Shown: positions 44,301 to 54,789 of the stretch, one piece after another
How the letters are laid out: each line of letters opens with the position of its first letter
Numbering within the stretch: the stretch's first letter is position 1
Source: Tetramitus jugosus
Lineage: Eukaryota; Protista; Heterolobosea
Length of the DNA stretch: 64,000 nt
Assembly: GCA_937625935.1 (NCBI GenBank)
Contig: OW569357.1
Coordinates: 492,462-556,461, forward strand
Direction of reading: 5' to 3'
The notes under the pieces: generated by a model
The model's input: the letters and a program-made list of their open reading frames with translations, nothing else
Databases searched by the model: none
What the model was told of the DNA's origin: nothing
Program-made: the position numbers and the translations under genes

Positions 44301-47300
44301 TATTCCATCATATGATTAGGTCGATTCTTGGAAACTGAAGGCTCAAGACGCAATTTGTACCTCGTATCAAGGATGTTAGGTAATATTGTTATGATTTCTG
44401 GAATGGGCATATCAGATAAATCATCAACAACAGTTAGGACCACTTCTGCCCTTGCTGTACGAGAAGGATTTTTGGGATCTGAATAGTACACCAGACTGAT
44501 CGGATAGATTCCAACATCTTCATTGAACAGAAACTTTGAGCTATTGGTGGCAACAAAGTTCTTACAACCCCCACAACTCCACATGAAGATAGGAGTTGAA
44601 TTCTTCACGGCATAATCATAGCTCCGTGATGCATCAATGGTATGATTGTGAAACGATGTCACCATTCTACTTCCACCTGTAATCATGGCCACAGGTATTG
44701 AAGGTATCACTACCATTGGAATGTTCAATTCGACTTGGGTTCCTTGGAACGACAAGGATGCATAGAGATTTCTCGTTTGAGTTGCTACGATATCCACGGT
44801 TAGATTGTTTGAGAGTATTCGATAGTTTGTTCCATCGAAATACCATCTTTTGTTTTCCGTATCAGCACAAACAGGCAAATTTATGCTCTTCATAACGAGA
44901 GAATAAGTTTCATACTGTCTGATAACAATTGTTGCTGTCTCCCGAATGTAAAGATTGGAAGAGTCAATGACAAATGGGGGCATCGCAACGGAATTAAGTG
45001 ATTCTCCCACCTTCATTCCCCCGTTAAACACCTCTACTAAAAAGAGATTGTAAGCTAAACCAAGATAAATTGCCGGCAGAGTGATACTCGAGCCCTTCTG
45101 TGCCGCTAGATAGGGATAAATACCAGGTTTTAGGTCACCATTGAAAAAAACAGACCACTTATAGGTAAAGTTACCCTGGAGCCCATAGACATACACTGAA
45201 AAAATGGCATCCTCGCAATACTTTGTTGGTGTTGTCATGGTGCTATTCACAACAACAGAGATGTTGCAAGCACTACCATAATACCCAGAGAAACATGTGC
45301 AGTCGTCCATACCCACACATTGTCCATGACCTGAACATACGTTCAGATCACCTTGATTCAATGAAAAGCATGTAATCGGCTTGCACACCATCAAATCTCG
45401 GTTTTGAGTTGCTGAAAGAAGCCTCAGACTCGCATATCTCAAATTATTGTCTTCTCCTATATAAATTCCGCTAACACCATTCTCATAAAACGGCCCATTC
45501 AAGTTCCATGAGAGTGGACTTGAACAATTTGTAAACCACCAACCTGAAGTTTGTTGAGTTGCACAGTCAAGAGTTTGTTGAGTTGAGTAGTGATCGAAAG
45601 TACCGAAAGGTACTGCTGTATAAGTCTCGTAATTCAGATAACCAGTGAGTGCATAGTCGGTGCTTGATGTGCCAATGGAAATGTAACCTGTGTATGATCT
45701 CTGATTAGAAGATCCCCATGTTTCTGACATCACATCCATTGATGTTCTTGTAAATAATTGAAGATTCTTTAGACCAAGAAATAAATCACCATCTAGATCT
45801 CCAAATCCATTTTCGTAAGTTGTCCAATCAACATTAAAATCAACATCTCCGAACCTTCTTTTCTGGAGTATAATTCCTTCCGAACCCGTCATTTGACAAG
45901 GAACCAACATTGATCTACAGTAAGGATTGATTCTATACACGGCAGATGGAGCGTTCGACCACAAGTTACGTACACTCTTGCAATCAACGAGACTATCTGT
46001 TTCAGTGCTGTTGAATAAATCATCCTCAATCACATCACCACCTAAATCAATGAAGGGTGTGTATAATGTTTTAAAATTTTTCAGAATAGGGGAGCTATTT
46101 CCAGCTATGCTTCTGATGAGGGATGCATCTGATGTACCCCAAGAGTTGAATTGTGCATCCACAACAATCGTACCAGAGTTCACGAGAGTATTGTTGGACA
46201 GTTGGAAAGTATTTCGGTTCAATTTCACAGCTCCAGAAACACTCACCAGATTCTGAAATGTTGGAAGAAGAAGGTTGTTGGTGATGGTATTGTTCCTGAA
46301 GTCAGATAACCGGCAATAGGTTGGATACTTCAGGGTAATCACTTGGTTTGAGATAATATTATCCGAGAAAATATTGTCTTGAATCAACATTTGAGAATCG
46401 CAAAAGAAACTGTTCTCAAATGATAGAAGACAATCGGCATCACTTGCGTTAAAAGTGTTCCTCAGAATAAAGAATAGTCCCTCTCTCTTCTTGACGGACA
46501 ATGGCCCCTGACAAGAGTCAAAAACATTGTCCTGGATATATGCTTCTGAGGAACTACTGGCAAATGTTGTGATTTTCAATGGATCTGATAGACCTTTGAA
46601 ATAATTATTGTAAATCTTCAAGATGCCAGGGCCAGCGTCTATTAGAGATCCTTGAGATCCTGCAGTAAATGAATTGTTATGCATAACAATCGATGACTCT
46701 CCTCGCGTATAAATATTCAGCAACGGTGTACCACTGGAGGAGAACTGATTAGAAATTATACTTATTGAGGATGACAAAGTGTTGTTAGCTTGTGAGATAG
46801 ATATGACAGGGTTCACAGTAGAATTAATTGATTGAATCATGTTGGATTCGATTGTCACATCAGTGGAGAATTGTGTTTGAATAGTGTACTCGGAAGCATC
46901 ACTAAACTCAGAGTGTCTCACTGTTACCATTGCACCTAAAGCTTTGATGAGTTTTACCCCTGGGTCAACAACAGAGACATATTCAAGCAAGATGGATGAC
47001 GTGGCATCAGCAACGATCCTTGGCTGTGGTGATTCATTTTGACTGTGAATTTGAATGTACTCTTGAAAGGTACCTAGCATTGATAGTGTTGAACCAATGA
47101 GTGTAATATTTGCCTCATCATTGAACGCAACCACTACACCAGGAGAAAAAGTAAGACTGCCAGTCACTAAGATTGGCCTATCGATGAGATATATCTCATT
47201 TGCCCCACTGAACACTTCATCTCCCACAATATCGTGCGAAATGATAGTAGTTGCACCTAAAACATAAGGACTATGAAAGAAGCACAATAGCACCGAAATA

Positions 47301-47350
47301 ATCAGAAACAGTATCAAAGAAGCTTTCCTGAGGAATGATAAGTCGTGCAT
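41384..47350 (-). CDS. Adhesion-type 7TM-RGS receptor (beta-helix, fibrinogen-C, EGF, PKD/REJ, GPS, 7TM, RGS)
   Basis: Signal peptide, N-rich beta-helix, QKRRFGDVDFNVDWTTYENGFG, CSGHGQC, REJ-like region, GPS CHCTHTTSFS, seven helices, RGS KEFALENIILW...ECNIP. Confidence 0.85.
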   Translation of the reverse strand: MHDLSFLRKASLILFLIISVLLCFFHSPYVLGATTIISHDIVGDEVFSGANEIYLIDRPILVTGSLTFSPGVVVAFNDEANITLIGSTLSMLGTFQEYIQIHSQNESPQPRIVADATSSILLEYVSVVDPGVKLIKALGAMVTVRHSEFSDASEYTIQTQFSTDVTIESNMIQSINSTVNPVISISQANNTLSSSISIISNQFSSSGTPLLNIYTRGESSIVMHNNSFTAGSQGSLIDAGPGILKIYNNYFKGLSDPLKITTFASSSSEAYIQDNVFDSCQGPLSVKKREGLFFILRNTFNASDADCLLSFENSFFCDSQMLIQDNIFSDNIISNQVITLKYPTYCRLSDFRNNTITNNLLLPTFQNLVSVSGAVKLNRNTFQLSNNTLVNSGTIVVDAQFNSWGTSDASLIRSIAGNSSPILKNFKTLYTPFIDLGGDVIEDDLFNSTETDSLVDCKSVRNLWSNAPSAVYRINPYCRSMLVPCQMTGSEGIILQKRRFGDVDFNVDWTTYENGFGDLDGDLFLGLKNLQLFTRTSMDVMSETWGSSNQRSYTGYISIGTSSTDYALTGYLNYETYTAVPFGTFDHYSTQQTLDCATQQTSGWWFTNCSSPLSWNLNGPFYENGVSGIYIGEDNNLRYASLRLLSATQNRDLMVCKPITCFSLNQGDLNVCSGHGQCVGMDDCTCFSGYYGSACNISVVVNSTMTTPTKYCEDAIFSVYVYGLQGNFTYKWSVFFNGDLKPGIYPYLAAQKGSSITLPAIYLGLAYNLFLVEVFNGGMKVGESLNSVAMPPFVIDSSNLYIRETATIVIRQYETYSLVMKSINLPVCADTENKRWYFDGTNYRILSNNLTVDIVATQTRNLYASLSFQGTQVELNIPMVVIPSIPVAMITGGSRMVTSFHNHTIDASRSYDYAVKNSTPIFMWSCGGCKNFVATNSSKFLFNEDVGIYPISLVYYSDPKNPSRTARAEVVLTVVDDLSDMPIPEIITILPNILDTRYKLRLEPSVSKNRPNHMMEYQWIIERKEANESVTIAGRSYNVVPLALPEDYLKANSTYVFTLRVRYTNFTNNGVVSVTGRTASAPIIQTAGCSPCNGTALETQFSLSASATDESEYYPLDYVFSYYDSLSQRFIPLQSPSYTSRIQTILPLLSTSTITIQATVTNNYGVASFSRFNISLVESSNSSSVLQSLISIMNNQSSVDILTVVASSFNKLQAHNQSTEMVEAVLSFVSNNLDRDTTQNTSLSANVATISINALESLTEFNTYDNRSSITLTKNSHLLVDKLIDLCTQGKLELRDSTTNSLARSVSNLLTKYQEEEPLLNNPMIATISKVSTWLANSKLISENQTSITTDTYQLSVKKEKGFTIGGTTVSTGDIQVNVPRNISLLSSEQEYIVQSISFNQTFNPYKFTSRQNFSTPIVDFEIKQGETKVKLSNMDYPLEIVLNKEIEKENSSFRFECRFMDESTNSSWFTDGCWLYEEGESSVVCHCTHTTSFSAMIIYDPAAPNKASDGLYITSIIVNSLLAVISVALLIITFLWRKKQPVKSRFLAPYIGLGAIVVECILNGIIRNSLLIAANNARDYRGINSIAYLILTIVNPLVILSLFIYFWQMLRYFFLKNLYAIMDIEKRNLKKIRFLKMLSSQLLYVILGSLVVVAVCTYFVVISILEATNVIKPNAASTVNALSFSVMSLFLGALIVVTFIWDCTVILSRKLWRRDRKMDEGNADLAYFNKIFSTMVNHFKSDDPLMFRIESIFMVCAIFVMTVSYIVGITDRFDSRASPNSAAKIIEFLFDIMYLSLRIMAFGGLSTLVRLVQRTKLHREHEDYATLKQYMSELKTGTSTIESQLQNLLRDEYGYLAISTYAKKEFALENIILWKRLEDVRSDNITASEDRRKKMLQDLYDDCIANGSPYECNIPSKVKKNYRALLGRTDDVSAADAEEMFLNVSNELLVNICDTFTRFSVSPEYAQFMTVRAMSKELGDVGLLKME

Positions 47351-47873
47351 TAGTCGTTGTTGTTTTTGGTTGTGGATGTTGAGAACTGGGATTTCTCAGG
47401 ATGGTCAAACGCTTCTCTTTTTTTCTCGACAGCCAAGATTCTAGTTCGAAGCTGACCCAGGGTCACACGTCAAACGGGCCGGAGTAAACATGACAGGACA
47501 GAAAAAAGGAGTTACGGAAGTGAACCAAGATATCTTCGTTGATGCCCGAACTGCACCCAACAAGTCAACAGGAGCCTCATTTTTCCACGCGTTGACACGG
47601 TGACTTTACTAAATCCAACGCGTGACCTGACGCTATACGATTACAAAGAATAACGATACAGTGTCAGATATCTGTAGATGCTTCCCATCCAGAAACCGAG
47701 CAAAAACTGTTCAATCATTTTGGTGAATTTTCTCAGTGTTTTTGCGACTCCCAAAGTTCAGAACTTCAAATGGGAAAAACTATCCTCTTGGATGCATTTC
47801 TTCTTTTTGAGGGAAGTTTGGATCACACTCTGCTGAGAAACAAATCAACAACACAACCCAAGCAAATACGACA

Positions 47874-48584
47874 ATGAGTCTTTCAAGATTTAATCAACTC
47901 CCAAAAATCCAATGGTCAAAAGCCCAGCAAACACTGTACACTGGCAAACAAATCACATGTGCGTATTCAGGTGATGACATTGTTGTCTATCAGGCGTACA
48001 ATGAACAGATTGCGAATTATGCTGTTCAGAATCAAACATTTGAAGGATGTCCTCAGTTCAATATGAAGCGAATGACATGGATCAAGCCAAATTTCCTTTG
48101 GATGATGCACAGAGCTGATTGGGCCACAAAGGACGTAAATCAAGCTCGAATTCTCGCTCTCTTTGTGAACAAGGACGATTTTGAGAGAGAAATTTTGAAG
48201 AATGGTATTTTGACATCGGATCCATTCTCCTCAGAGTTCTTTGATCCCAATTGGACTCACTACAGCTCAAAGGAAGAGTGGATGAAGGAAGTTGCAGACA
48301 CAAAGAATTCGTCAGATCGTATTAGAGTACAATGGGATCCATACCATCCTCCATCTGGTGAAAAAATGGGTAACACAAGGGCAATTCAGCTTGGACTGAA
48401 GGGTATGTTTGTTAAATCACTTTTGGACTGTGTTACAAAGATTGAGGACATCACAGATTTTGTGAGGGAACAGAATGAACTGAGATTAGCAGGGGAAGAT
48501 GTACTGATTCCCCTCGAAACTGTTTATTCTGTACAAGATGAGAGCATTGCCAAGAAATTGTCTGTTCAAAAGTCACAGGAATAA
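47874..48584 (+). CDS. DUF4291 family protein
   Basis: VYQAY, RMTWIKPNFLWMMHRADW, RVQWDP, RAIQLGL motifs. Confidence 0.88.
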   Translation: MSLSRFNQLPKIQWSKAQQTLYTGKQITCAYSGDDIVVYQAYNEQIANYAVQNQTFEGCPQFNMKRMTWIKPNFLWMMHRADWATKDVNQARILALFVNKDDFEREILKNGILTSDPFSSEFFDPNWTHYSSKEEWMKEVADTKNSSDRIRVQWDPYHPPSGEKMGNTRAIQLGLKGMFVKSLLDCVTKIEDITDFVREQNELRLAGEDVLIPLETVYSVQDESIAKKLSVQKSQE

Positions 48585-49195
48585 AGAAAAGAAGTCTCCT
48601 CAGCATATCAAATGATTCATCTCTTGAGCGTTTTCCTTTGGGCGAATTTTTATCGGATAATAGCGACACAATTTCACACAATAATTATACCGACATGATA
48701 CAGCAAAAAAGAAGTAGTTTGATATTAGTTATAACAACATCATGTGTGGTCACATTACGGACCAACCTTCGTTGGGGTATTTGGACGTTCGCGCGTAACG
48801 TACCGATCGTTACACTCATGGATCTCGAACCCATGGCTTGCAGGTCACTGCCAGCGTGTGAATCGATTTACACGTTCGTTGTTGTCGATGCTAACTTGCG
48901 ACATTCTATCTATGGCTAGAGATTCATTGAGAAATGATTCTCACCCCTTGAAAAGCCGCAATCCAACGGATTTTCGCCCCACAAGTGTTGAGCTTTTCGT
49001 TTCAAATTTTCGGAGCAGACACTACTTTTGGTGCAATGCCTCGGGGCAATCAGATTGTTATTGCCAGTTTTGTCATTGAAATATGACAACATAACTTTGG
49101 TCTTGATCCTAGGGCCCAATATCCATAGGTGAGAGAATTGATAAATACGAATCTACCCTACAGAAATCCACACACCACAGAAAAGAAAACAAACG

Positions 49196-52030
49196 ATGGC
49201 AAGCACAATGGTACTCGATATCCAAAACAACAAGAATGTTCCTTCCAATGAGCATCTTCATGGAATGACTATGCAAGACAAACCAAGAGTGGACCAACAA
49301 GTAGCAGAACTGAACAAATTACATTGGTCCATGGAAAAATTGTTTGATGATGCAGAGACTCGTTCTCTCTTCGAACAGTTTCTACTGGATGAAGTTACGA
49401 CTTCCACAACGAGAAACCTACCGAATGCTTCCATTAGTCCAAGAGCTAATTCGTCATCCATTTCTACTACATGTGGTGGATATGCTCTTTTGAAGTTTGT
49501 TAGTGCTGTTGATCAGTTCAGAGAGTTGAAATCTCATGTCAACAGATTCGTGAGAGCCAAAGCAATTATTCACCAATTCATAGGAGATATCAGCATCGTA
49601 GAAAATGCTGGAGAATCGTCATTGATCAATGACCAACTTAAGGAATGCTGTGAATATGAATTGAATATCTCCCTAGATTCCAGAAAACAATTTCTTCAAC
49701 AATTTGTAGCAAAGTATCACACAGAGCGATGTCCAAAGTCCATATTCGACTCGATCGCAGATGTTAAGTTCTTGGAGCTCCAGTTGGACAGTTTCAAACG
49801 CTTTGTTCGATCTGAAAAATTCGTAAACTTCATGACTAAGAAGAAGACAAGGATGGAATGGAAGGATTTCGTTGATTCCTACGTTCAGAAAAATATTGAG
49901 GGTACGATTTATATGAACCAAGTTGGCTTCAAGAATTGTTATTCACAAGAAACTGGTCCAGAACGGAATGGTGAAAGTTCCAATGTCCAGAAAGAGAGAG
50001 ATGAACCTAGATTTGTAAATAGAGGAATCCAATGGATACAAGCTGAGCTTCCTGAGGAAATTTCCGTTGACCAAATGGATCCAATGCTTCAAAAGCTAAT
50101 GCATCCAAAGATGGGAATTCCCTTTGTTTTCACTTCTCCAGCAAAAACCAAATTTTGGAGTAAGCTCAAAACTTCGGTCGTTCAACTCAAGAGGAAAATG
50201 AAGAATAGGAGAAACCGGAGCGATATCAATGATGGAGTTGAGGCAACTTCAGTTGCTGCTGAAGCAGTTGCTGCTGAGCAAAAGGCCAAGAGAGAATTCT
50301 CAGGTGCAACACTGATTGATCACATGTGTGATTACTTGAAATTCAATAGGCAAGATCAGGATAGTAGAAAGAAAATGATACAACTGGCAACATTGATGCT
50401 CAATAAGAAGGTGATTGGTGCAGTTGCCACTCAAGCTTCTACTGCCCATTTGTTCTCTGAGAAAGATCTTTACACATTTCTGTTGAAGAAGAAATTAGTC
50501 ATTGTTGGTGGAGGAGGAATGGGCGCGTTCCTTGTATTCAAAGCCCTCCATGCAACCAATCAATTCGATATAACAGTTATTGATAAGAGAGCTAATTGGG
50601 AGTACATGATCAGTTTTCATCATCTGATCAGTGTTCCTGAAAAGTTATCAGAAATACAAACATCAATTGCAGAAGAGATCAGCTCGATCAATCAAGGAGT
50701 AAGTAGCAGTAAATTCATCAAGGGAATGGCAAAGCACATTTCGGAATATGCTGTTCATGTTCAACTCATTGACGAATACGATAAGATAGAAGATGAGACG
50801 ACAGTTGTGCCCTTTGATTACCTGTTGGTTGGAACAGGCAGTTCTTATCGTAATCCATTCCCCATTGTTAGAAATGAAACAGAACCGATGAATAATGCCA
50901 CTATCATCTATCCATATTCAAGCTCTAGTATTGTCAAGAACATAGATGCTATTAGAAGTGCTCGCAACATTGTTGTGATTGGAGGAGGTCCAGTAGCAGT
51001 AGAATTTGTGGGTGAACTGTGCTATCATGCCAATGAAACACAAAAAGTTCATCTCATTTCACAGTGCGACGTACTGTTGGAGAGATTGTCTGAGGAAGCT
51101 CATTGGTCGACATTCGCCACTCTTGCCTCTTTCAAGAACATTCAATTCCTTTTCAACAGACGAGTTACACAAATTGTGGGTAACACGATTGAATATTGTT
51201 TCAACGAAGATATTAGTCAAGATTACTTGTGTAAGGGTGAGATCGAGGCTGATGTTGTATTTTGTTGTGTTGGTTTCCAGCCAAACACTAATTGCTTCGA
51301 GCGATTCATGGGTGACTCATTGACTGACAAAGGGTACGTAAAGATAAATCCTGATACATTTCAAGTTCAAAGGACAGGAGCGAAACCCACACCCTATTCA
51401 TGGAATGATAAACTGGCAGTAGATGTAGATCCGATGGGCTTTACTCTCAAGTCAATGAATCGAAATATTGTCATTCGAGAAGACATGTTAAGAAAGGAAC
51501 AAGAAGAGTTGAAACTACTTTCAAACAGCCAACAGCAAGATATTTCAACCGTAGAGGAATCAAACATGATGGGGTCAAAATCGCACGTAAGTGATGAAGA
51601 TTTCTCTGATGAAGCCCAAGTAGCAGAAGTAATGCCCACTTTGATGGATATTTTCACCCCAAGCCAAAATCCAGAGGATTTCTATGCTCAATTTGGTCCT
51701 GTGTCAGAGACAGAGTATTATGACCATATATTTGCAATTGGAGATATCACTTACACAGTCGAGGAGAAGTTGGCTCATGTTGCTAGATGTCATGCCGCAG
51801 CGTTCATCAACATTATCCAGAACGCAGAGAACAGAGAGGTCTTGACACCGTACAAAGCCACTGGATATCGGCTTCAAGTTATTTCTTTGGGACCGAAAGG
51901 TGGCGTAGCTATCAAGGGTAAGAAAGTGCAAGCAAAGGGCCCAGCAGTGATCAAACTAAAGTCCTTTGTGGAGTTGTCAGTTGTAAGAGACTACAAGCCA
52001 AGTTTCAGCGGGCGCCAAAAACGGAAATGA
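49196..52030 (+). CDS. RGS + DEP + AIFM2/FSP1-like pyridine nucleotide-disulfide oxidoreductase fusion
   Basis: RGS (ELNISLDSR...LDSFKRFVRSE), DEP-like (FSGATLIDHM...FSEKDLYTF), FAD/NAD motifs VIVGGGGMG, DYLLVGTGS, GGGPVAVE, IFAIGD. Confidence 0.8.
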   Translation: MASTMVLDIQNNKNVPSNEHLHGMTMQDKPRVDQQVAELNKLHWSMEKLFDDAETRSLFEQFLLDEVTTSTTRNLPNASISPRANSSSISTTCGGYALLKFVSAVDQFRELKSHVNRFVRAKAIIHQFIGDISIVENAGESSLINDQLKECCEYELNISLDSRKQFLQQFVAKYHTERCPKSIFDSIADVKFLELQLDSFKRFVRSEKFVNFMTKKKTRMEWKDFVDSYVQKNIEGTIYMNQVGFKNCYSQETGPERNGESSNVQKERDEPRFVNRGIQWIQAELPEEISVDQMDPMLQKLMHPKMGIPFVFTSPAKTKFWSKLKTSVVQLKRKMKNRRNRSDINDGVEATSVAAEAVAAEQKAKREFSGATLIDHMCDYLKFNRQDQDSRKKMIQLATLMLNKKVIGAVATQASTAHLFSEKDLYTFLLKKKLVIVGGGGMGAFLVFKALHATNQFDITVIDKRANWEYMISFHHLISVPEKLSEIQTSIAEEISSINQGVSSSKFIKGMAKHISEYAVHVQLIDEYDKIEDETTVVPFDYLLVGTGSSYRNPFPIVRNETEPMNNATIIYPYSSSSIVKNIDAIRSARNIVVIGGGPVAVEFVGELCYHANETQKVHLISQCDVLLERLSEEAHWSTFATLASFKNIQFLFNRRVTQIVGNTIEYCFNEDISQDYLCKGEIEADVVFCCVGFQPNTNCFERFMGDSLTDKGYVKINPDTFQVQRTGAKPTPYSWNDKLAVDVDPMGFTLKSMNRNIVIREDMLRKEQEELKLLSNSQQQDISTVEESNMMGSKSHVSDEDFSDEAQVAEVMPTLMDIFTPSQNPEDFYAQFGPVSETEYYDHIFAIGDITYTVEEKLAHVARCHAAAFINIIQNAENREVLTPYKATGYRLQVISLGPKGGVAIKGKKVQAKGPAVIKLKSFVELSVVRDYKPSFSGRQKRK

Positions 52031-52048
52031 AACTGAAATTTTTTCAGA

Positions 52049-52200
52049 ACACTTGAGATGAGTCGCTGCAAACATCACTTTCTAATTTAGCTCGTATTCA
52101 CACTTAATATCAGTTATTGCAATCAAATCACTGATGCTGCATTCGTTCATCTTCTAATTTAACTGATATTCATACACTTTATGAGTAATTGCAGCACAGA
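52049..52200 (+). pseudogene. Frameshifted relic of cysteine-containing LRR repeats
   Basis: Fragments TLEMSRC, LNISYCNQITDAAFVHL and SNLTDIHTL lie in shifting frames. Confidence 0.6.
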
Positions 52201-52214
52201 CTTCCATTTATTTA

Positions 52215-53213
52215 CTAAAACTTTGTGATTGTCAGATTAACCTTGTAGAGAGTAGTATAATAACCTGATTCACTTACACTGAGGAAGACAGTGCCTCCTC
52301 CATCACTCTGAATCTGAACGGATGATGAAACAGTTTGTCTCGGAGAAGCACTTGCGCTTTTCTTGAAATCATAGTTGAATTCATTGGGATATCTGAATGA
52401 TCTTTCGTTTGATGCATACAAGGTGAACTGATTGGATTCATTCTGGTTTGTAGTTGTCATTGTAACATTGACTATGGATCTTGGAGCGACATTTGGAACA
52501 CTGAAAAAGATGTATGAAGTCTCTTGCATAGTGTATGGCACACGGAACTGAACTTCTGGTGCTGATAGAACTATTGGATCCAGTAATACATCTTGGACTT
52601 TGGTTGGGAGCACCAAGTCTGGAGTATTGGATACGAGTGTCAAAAATAGGGGTTGATAAGCTTCTCGGTCTATGTCTGATCCATTAGGCCTTGGTATAAT
52701 GAGAGTGACACTATGACCTTTAGATGAAAACTGATGATTAATCAGAGATGGATTACCAGTACCAGATGTTGAAGCATACGCAAGTAGGGCAGTATCATTC
52801 TGTCCTTGCAGAAGAATGGCCAAAAACTTTACATTTCTGTTAAAGTGAACTTCTGCAACATAATTATCTTTGAAGGAATTGATGAGATTGTTGCCAAATG
52901 CAGTGAAATCTTTGGCATTTTTTGGAGTATCTGGTGGAACACAGAATGTATGTGTTTTCCAAGCTCGAGGACTATTATCTGGACATTGAATACATTTGGA
53001 CATTGCGTGATATGGGGCAATGGTATTATCGGAGCAAGGATAAAAGTGATCATCACCAGGACAAAAATTTCCTCTTTCACAATCATAACAATCAATTTCT
53101 CCCCTGATAGGCCTGAGATAATACTGACCTGCTGGACATGTAACAGTAAGTTGCCCAAATACAAGTGATGCAATCACGAGCAAAGAGAAGGTAATGGTCA
53201 CGAGTTTCGACAT
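52215..53213 (-). CDS. Secreted protein with N-terminal GCC2/GCC3-like Cys-rich repeat
   Basis: Signal peptide, CPAGQYY...CERGNFCPG...CIQCP, and a beta-rich C-terminus. Confidence 0.7.
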   Translation of the reverse strand: MSKLVTITFSLLVIASLVFGQLTVTCPAGQYYLRPIRGEIDCYDCERGNFCPGDDHFYPCSDNTIAPYHAMSKCIQCPDNSPRAWKTHTFCVPPDTPKNAKDFTAFGNNLINSFKDNYVAEVHFNRNVKFLAILLQGQNDTALLAYASTSGTGNPSLINHQFSSKGHSVTLIIPRPNGSDIDREAYQPLFLTLVSNTPDLVLPTKVQDVLLDPIVLSAPEVQFRVPYTMQETSYIFFSVPNVAPRSIVNVTMTTTNQNESNQFTLYASNERSFRYPNEFNYDFKKSASASPRQTVSSSVQIQSDGGGTVFLSVSESGYYTTLYKVNLTITKF

Positions 53214-53690
53214 GGTTGTTTCCTCTTAAAATTCTCAAAGCGACTTCCGTTTTAATAGAAGTGAGAAGGCGAAATTGCTTGCTGCGCGCATTCCAGTTCA
53301 ATCACAGAGTTCTTGTCCTTGGAGAAGTCGAGCGCATCTTCAGGGCAGAATTCTCGTCGGATCAAGATGAACCTTCACCCGAACCACAGGCGCCTGTAGA
53401 TGTCCACCGTGAAAAATCTTTTCAGATTAATCGGAGGTCCCAATCACAGCAGTATTATTACTCTTTAAAAACACTGGTTGATAGACAATCATTCAACTTG
53501 ATAGACAATTCACATATGGACAGGGTTTCATACAAAGTGTTGATTCCTGCAGACCACGTGTTGTTTTTTCGGAAGCTGTCGTTTCGGAAGGTTTCATTTT
53601 GCAATTTCCGAGTTCTTGCTGATTCTGAACTGGGATTGACAGAATAAAAAAGGGATTTTGAGGGGCAACAAATTATAATGGATCAACACA

Positions 53691-54539
53691 ATGGCTACAT
53701 TATTTAACGATACTCTCCAGGATATTTTCCTGTATCTTGAACCAAAAGATGTTTATAAGGCGTCACAAGTTTGTCAACAATGGCAAACTGCAGTTATTGG
53801 AGGTGGAGGTGAAGTGAAGGAAATGAACATTCTTTGGTATAGATTGTTTGTTCGTGACTTAGCTCAACATCTATCAGAAGAAACAATGAACGATTTGATT
53901 CAAGATTCCAGAAAGTTGTCAAACGGAACAGAATTGAACAAGGGACAATTACAAAGAATGAGGAGAAACAAGAAGCATAAGAAGAAGAGCATGAAAAAGG
54001 ATGAAAATTGTGAATCATTCCATCATCAATTCAGAGTGAATGAATTGGTGAGATACTGGGAAAGGATGTATTGGTATCATTTGGAGAAAATGAATAGAAA
54101 TGCTGATCTTAAGCAGAAATTAACAGAATTGCAGAAGGATGCTTGTTCTTCGTATTTTTGTAGTGCTCCCAATTGGCATAGAATCGTACCAACATTTTGT
54201 TATTGGAGAAGAACTGGAACAGGAAGTGAATGTTGTGACTTACAGTTCGAAGAAACAGTCGAGGACGGTCTAACAAAACACACAGTCCATTGTACCAAAT
54301 GCAAAGCTGCCATGTCAACAACTGAGTTGGACATTTCAAAGAAGAATTACTCTGATTTTTATGGTCAACATAGAGCAAAGTTCTATCCATTGAAACTTCT
54401 TCCGATTTCAGGTTTCAATTATGATACACTCGAAGGAGAGATTCATCCAATAGCTCGTGGTCAGAATATCGATCAATTAGCTAGAAAAGTGAGTGGGTCA
54501 CGTAGATTTGTATTATGGGAGGATCAATATGACGAATAG
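53691..54539 (+). CDS. F-box protein with Cys-rich C-terminus
   Basis: LFNDTLQDIFLYLEPKDVYKASQVCQQW...LWYRLFVRD. Confidence 0.85.
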   Translation: MATLFNDTLQDIFLYLEPKDVYKASQVCQQWQTAVIGGGGEVKEMNILWYRLFVRDLAQHLSEETMNDLIQDSRKLSNGTELNKGQLQRMRRNKKHKKKSMKKDENCESFHHQFRVNELVRYWERMYWYHLEKMNRNADLKQKLTELQKDACSSYFCSAPNWHRIVPTFCYWRRTGTGSECCDLQFEETVEDGLTKHTVHCTKCKAAMSTTELDISKKNYSDFYGQHRAKFYPLKLLPISGFNYDTLEGEIHPIARGQNIDQLARKVSGSRRFVLWEDQYDE

Positions 54540-54789
54540 TGTACCATGAACTCACCATATCATCGTGCTTCATGCATTGCAATAAATCCAAATTCTATCA
54601 TTCAGTTCCTTTATTTGACTCGAGTTGTAAAAGTGAACAAGAATTGCACAGACCAATTAAATTAAATTTTAACAAGTAGATTTCATTCCATGGTTAACTC
54701 CAAGTGGTTGAATTAATTACTAGACAAACTCTGATTCGTGGGCGACCTATTGTCGAACATTTAGTGATCAAGCTGAATCAGACCAGAAG

